The translations under genes were made by a program, and so were the position numbers. Below the pieces are notes generated by a model that was not told where the DNA came from, made no database searches, and saw only the letters and a list, made by a program, of their open reading frames with translations. Shown in pieces: positions 28,299 to 31,779 of a stretch of DNA of 31,779 nucleotides (its first letter is position 1; each line of letters begins with the position of its first letter). This DNA is from Thecamonas trahens ATCC 50062 (taxonomy: Eukaryota; Protista; Apusomonadida). The stretch lies in the NCBI RefSeq assembly GCF_000142905.1, contig NW_013657631.1, forward strand, positions 257,323-289,101, written 5' to 3'.

Positions 28299-29117
28299 TT
28301 ACGGTGCGCAGCGAGCGATGTGGGCTGTGAGTGCGACAGTGGACATCAGGTGCCCGCCGCAGTGCGGGCAACTCGATGATGGTGGTGGTGGTGGTGGCGG
28401 TGGGTGCCAAGGCGAGGCGCGGACCGGCTTGGGCTTTTTGGCAGGTGGCGATGAGGCAGTAGGGTTGGGCTTGCGCTTGCGCTTGCGCTTCTTCGGGTTG
28501 CGATAGTCGCTGGGCTCGCGGATCTTGACGTAAGGCCCGCCGCACGAGGCCTGATGGCGAGCCCACCAATTGTCGTTGGGTCCAGGGGCGCGATTCATGG
28601 AGCGCTTGACGATGCGGGCGCAGCGGCCCTGGCACTGCCACCAGTGAGTGCGAAAGTGGTTGACCTCGTCGTTGAACGAGTGGTAGACGGTGATGGAGAG
28701 GCCGGTGGCGGCGTTGATGCGGCGCATGTGCTGGCAGAAGATGGGCCCGTGGTCCTCACGATTAGAGACCGATGCGTCGAGGAAGAGATAGGCGTGGATC
28801 ATCTCGTGAAGAAGGGTGGAGAGCAGATCGGCGCGAGAGCGGAACTGCAGCAGCTTCTCCGACAGCTTGATGGTGCAGCCACCGAGCGGGCCTCGCCACT
28901 CGCAGAGGCCTGCGCAGAGAGTCATACGCTTGGACCAGACGACCGAGACGCCCGACTCTGCCAGGCGATCCGAGAAGAAGAGGCGATCAAAGTGGAGAAA
29001 GAGGTCGTGGACGGGCGTGGCCACGTCGAGGGTCCACGATGCGACGCCCGTAGCCGTGGACGAGGCAGGAGGAGACGGAGGAGGGGATGGTGAGTGGGTC
29101 AGATCGATGATGGACAT
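28299..29117 (-). CDS. SPRTN: SprT-family DNA-protein crosslink metalloprotease Spartan, compact (272 aa), with C-terminal UBZ-type zinc finger
   Basis: LF..FD.LFF, WSKRMTLCAGLC, IKLSEKLL..R, TLLHEMIHAYLF (HExxH), HGPIFC.HM.RIN, ITVYHSFNDEV, HWWQCQG.C, NRAPGPND.WW..H...CGG.YVKIREP; basic NLS PKKRKRKRK; CPHC...H...C at the C-terminus. An upstream exon in the gap cannot be excluded. Confidence 0.92.
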   Translation of the reverse strand: MSIIDLTHSPSPPPSPPASSTATGVASWTLDVATPVHDLFLHFDRLFFSDRLAESGVSVVWSKRMTLCAGLCEWRGPLGGCTIKLSEKLLQFRSRADLLSTLLHEMIHAYLFLDASVSNREDHGPIFCQHMRRINAATGLSITVYHSFNDEVNHFRTHWWQCQGRCARIVKRSMNRAPGPNDNWWARHQASCGGPYVKIREPSDYRNPKKRKRKRKPNPTASSPPAKKPKPVRASPWHPPPPPPPPSSSCPHCGGHLMSTVALTAHIARCAP

Positions 29118-29159
29118 GGTGTGGGTGGAGGGGGTAGAGGCATGGGTGTGGTGGGGGGG

Positions 29160-29553
29160 NNNNNNNNNNNNNNNNNNNNNNNNNNNNNNNNNNNNNNNNN
29201 NNNNNNNNNNNNNNNNNNNNNNNNNNNNNNNNNNNNNNNNNNNNNNNNNNNNNNNNNNNNNNNNNNNNNNNNNNNNNNNNNNNNNNNNNNNNNNNNNNNN
29301 NNNNNNNNNNNNNNNNNNNNNNNNNNNNNNNNNNNNNNNNNNNNNNNNNNNNNNNNNNNNNNNNNNNNNNNNNNNNNNNNNNNNNNNNNNNNNNNNNNNN
29401 NNNNNNNNNNNNNNNNNNNNNNNNNNNNNNNNNNNNNNNNNNNNNNNNNNNNNNNNNNNNNNNNNNNNNNNNNNNNNNNNNNNNNNNNNNNNNNNNNNNN
29501 NNNNNNNNNNNNNNNNNNNNNNNNNNNNNNNNNNNNNNNNNNNNNNNNNNNNN
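29160..29553. other. Assembly gap (394 N) flanked by G homopolymers
   Basis: Run of n with ggggggg on both sides. Confidence 0.99.
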
Positions 29554-29631
29554 GGGGGGGGGGGTACCGGAGTGAGGTGGGAGAGTGGGGTGGCGGGGGT
29601 GGTGAGGTATGGATGATGGGTGTGTTGGTTG

Positions 29632-29785
29632 GTGGCTGTGGCTGTGGCTGTGGCTGTGGCTGTGGCTGTGGCTGTGGCTGTGGCTGTGGCTGTGGCTGTG
29701 GTGGTCGGCTCGTCGGTCGGTTCGTCGGTTCGTCGGTTCGTCGGTTCGTCGGTCGGTGGGTGGTGGCTGGTTGGCTGGTTGGCTG
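29632..29785. repeat. Compound microsatellite: (GTGGCT) x ~11, then (TCGGTTCG)n-like and (GGTTGGCT)n-like units
   Basis: Directly visible tandem units upstream of the kinase ATG. Confidence 0.9.
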
Positions 29786-29845
29786 GCGGCAGGGCGAGGG
29801 CGAGGGCGGAGGACACGTTTCTTCTGCTTGGCGTGCAGGAGAGAG

Positions 29846-31653
29846 ATGGCGGATGCAGCGGCTACGCTCGAGTATGACGAGGCTGATGTGGCCATGGATG
29901 TGGAAGGAGGAAGCGGAGGTGCAACAGGGGCATGGGGCCAGCTGCACTCGCTCAACCATGCCTATCCCTCCATTGACTTGACCGATGGCGAGGTGACCTT
30001 TGGCAGGGCTTCCATCTGCACCCACCAGTTCGACGTCAACCTCATCTCCGGCACGCACTGCAAGCTCCACAAGGACCCCACAGGCGCCGTGATTGTCGAG
30101 GACAAGTCGTATGTCATCATTCTTGGTCGTGGGAGGGGATAGGGCTTGCTCTCTCGGCATGGTGGCTCCCGGTGGGCGTGGGGGTGAGGGTGGTGGGGGG
30201 GAAGGGGGTGGTGGGGAGGGCGGCGAGTGCTGGTTTCTGCGACCTTTTTTTGCCACTGCCCGGCCCGTCTTTGGCTGTGGCCGGATGGCCGTGGTGGTTG
30301 CTGGCCATGGCTGGCCTGGCCTGTTCGTCGCCATACTCACACACACGGCGCTTGATGTGGACGGACAGATCGAACGGGACATTCATCAACGGGAAGAAGA
30401 TCGGACGGAACAAGACGGCATTGATCAAGCAGGGCGACAGGCTGCAGTTTCTGCTGAAGCAGAAGAACATGGAGCCGATCGAGTATGTGTTCAAGCTAGT
30501 GGCCGGGTCTGTGGATGCGGGGACACACTCGTTTGTGGAGGAGAGGTACGACCTGGAGCGAGTGCTGGGGAAGGGCAACTTTGCCGAGGTCCGGCTCGGC
30601 CTCTCGCGGCGGAGCGGGGAAAAGTACGCGGTGAAGATTGTGGACAAGACCAAGTTCCTATCGCTGCAGCAGCGGGCGGGCGCACTGCTCGACGAGGTCA
30701 ACATCCTCAAGTTCCTCTCCCACCCCAACATTGTGTCGCTCGAGGAGACGTTTGAGACGGAGAAGCACCTGTATCTGGTGCTGGAGCTTGTGAGCGGCGG
30801 CGAGCTCTTTGACGTCATTGTCAACGCCGAGCGGCTGTCCGAGGCGCTCTCGCGCAAGCTGTTTGTGCAGATGCTCGACGCTGTGGCGTATCTCCATGAG
30901 CAGGGCATTGCGCACCGCGACCTCAAGCCGGAGAACATTCTCATCGGCGAGGGCGACGTGGTCAAAATCTCTGACTTTGGCCTCTCGCGCATCACGTCGA
31001 AGAGCTCGGTCATGGGCACGGTGTGTGGGACGCCTCAGTACCTCGCGCCCGAGATTCTCAAGTCGAAGGAGCACAACGACGGGTACAACGTTGCCGTCGA
31101 CATGTGGTCGCTCGGTGTCATTCTCTATGTCATGCTCTCGGGCATGCTCCCCTTTGACGACAACCTGCCCATGTCGGTGTTTGAGCAGATCCAGCGCGGC
31201 CTGTACTCGTTCCCGGACACGTTCTGGTCGTCGGTCTCCGAGTCGGCCAAGGACCTCTGCCGGCGGTTGATGCAAGTCGAGCCGAGCGCCCGCTGGACGG
31301 CCAAGCAGGCGCGCGCCCACCCGTGGTGTGTCGACAAGTCGCTCACCGCCACGCCGATCCCGATCGCGGACACCTTTGCCTCTGTCCGCACCGAGCCGGT
31401 CCCCCGGTACCGCGGTCACGCGACGCTCCGCGTCATGATCAAGGCGGCCATCATGGAGCTTGCCGAGCCGCGCGGCTCGGCGCCCGACGACATCGCCGCG
31501 TTTGTCTCGGCCAACTACGCCGACGCCGAGACGACCGGTGACGCCCTGAAGCCCAAGCTGGACGGCCTAGTCGCTGATGGCGTTCTCGCTGCTGCCGCTG
31601 GTGGCAAGTACAAGCTTAAGATGGGCAAGCGCAGCCGCGGCCGCAGGCGGTAG
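29846..31653 (+). CDS. FHA-domain CAMK-group kinase (CHK2/Cds1/Dun1-like) with C-terminal linker-histone H15-like domain; exons 29846-30108 and 30369-31653
   Basis: FHA motifs WGQL, TFGR, ISGTHC, EDKS|SNGTFING; kinase motifs GKGNFAEV, YAVK, HRDLKPEN, DFGLSR, TVCGTPQYLAPE, DMWSLGV; C-terminal MIKAAIMELAEPRGS....I..FV.ANY...LVADGVL....GKYKL. Confidence 0.9.
30109..30368 (+). other. Spliceosomal intron (260 nt, G-rich) inside the FHA domain
   Basis: GTATGT donor and CAG acceptor; splicing gives AAG TC|A TCG AAC GGG ACA (KSSNGT), restoring the FHA consensus. Confidence 0.88.
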
Positions 31654-31779
31654 CCGCCGCAGCCAACAAGTTGAACACAACCGACTCACAGCTACAGATC
31701 CTTCCCGAGCGCGCGCCGGCGCTTGCGGGCGGACGGCAGGCCTCCGCCGGCCAGAGCGCTTCCGGCCGTGGCGGCGTCC

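Noticed and set aside
29632-29785. CRISPR array or telomeric repeat
   Set aside because: These are short tandem units without unique spacers, they are not TTAGGG-type, and the context is eukaryotic and intergenic.
28816-30382. ORFs spanning the N gap with poly-TA, HS, QP, WL or VA dipeptide runs
   Set aside because: They are artefacts of translating through Ns and the (GTGGCT)n microsatellite.

Overview
This is GC-rich, gene-dense, intron-poor eukaryotic DNA. Spliceosomal GT-AG introns, class-IV-type myosins and a GULO/ALO oxidase suggest a heterotrophic protist; it resembles an apusomonad such as Thecamonas, but that is inference only. Genes in order: (1) a multidomain AGC kinase (degenerate RhoGAP, SH3-like, two RA domains, kinase; 5' exon probably outside the window); (2) a group XII secretory PLA2; (3) a coiled-coil/EF-hand protein; (4) a BPI/LBP protein; (5) a doubtful small ORF; (6,7) an aldonolactone oxidase and a thiolase arranged tail-to-tail, both ending in PTS1 signals; (8) an S53 sedolisin/TPP1-like peptidase with a Cys-rich insert; (9,10) two tandem giant WW-motor-IQ-MyTH4 myosins; (11) SPRTN; and, after a 394-nt assembly gap, (12) an FHA/CHK2-like kinase fused to a linker-histone (H15) domain. 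The most striking structure is the myosin pair. Their 2.4-kb motor regions are nearly identical, while their tails are strongly diverged and built from 7 versus 5 copies of a ~147-aa helical repeat I do not recognise. Three genes carry single-base frameshifts at homopolymer runs, most likely sequencing errors. All domain calls are by-eye motif recognition; no searches were run.
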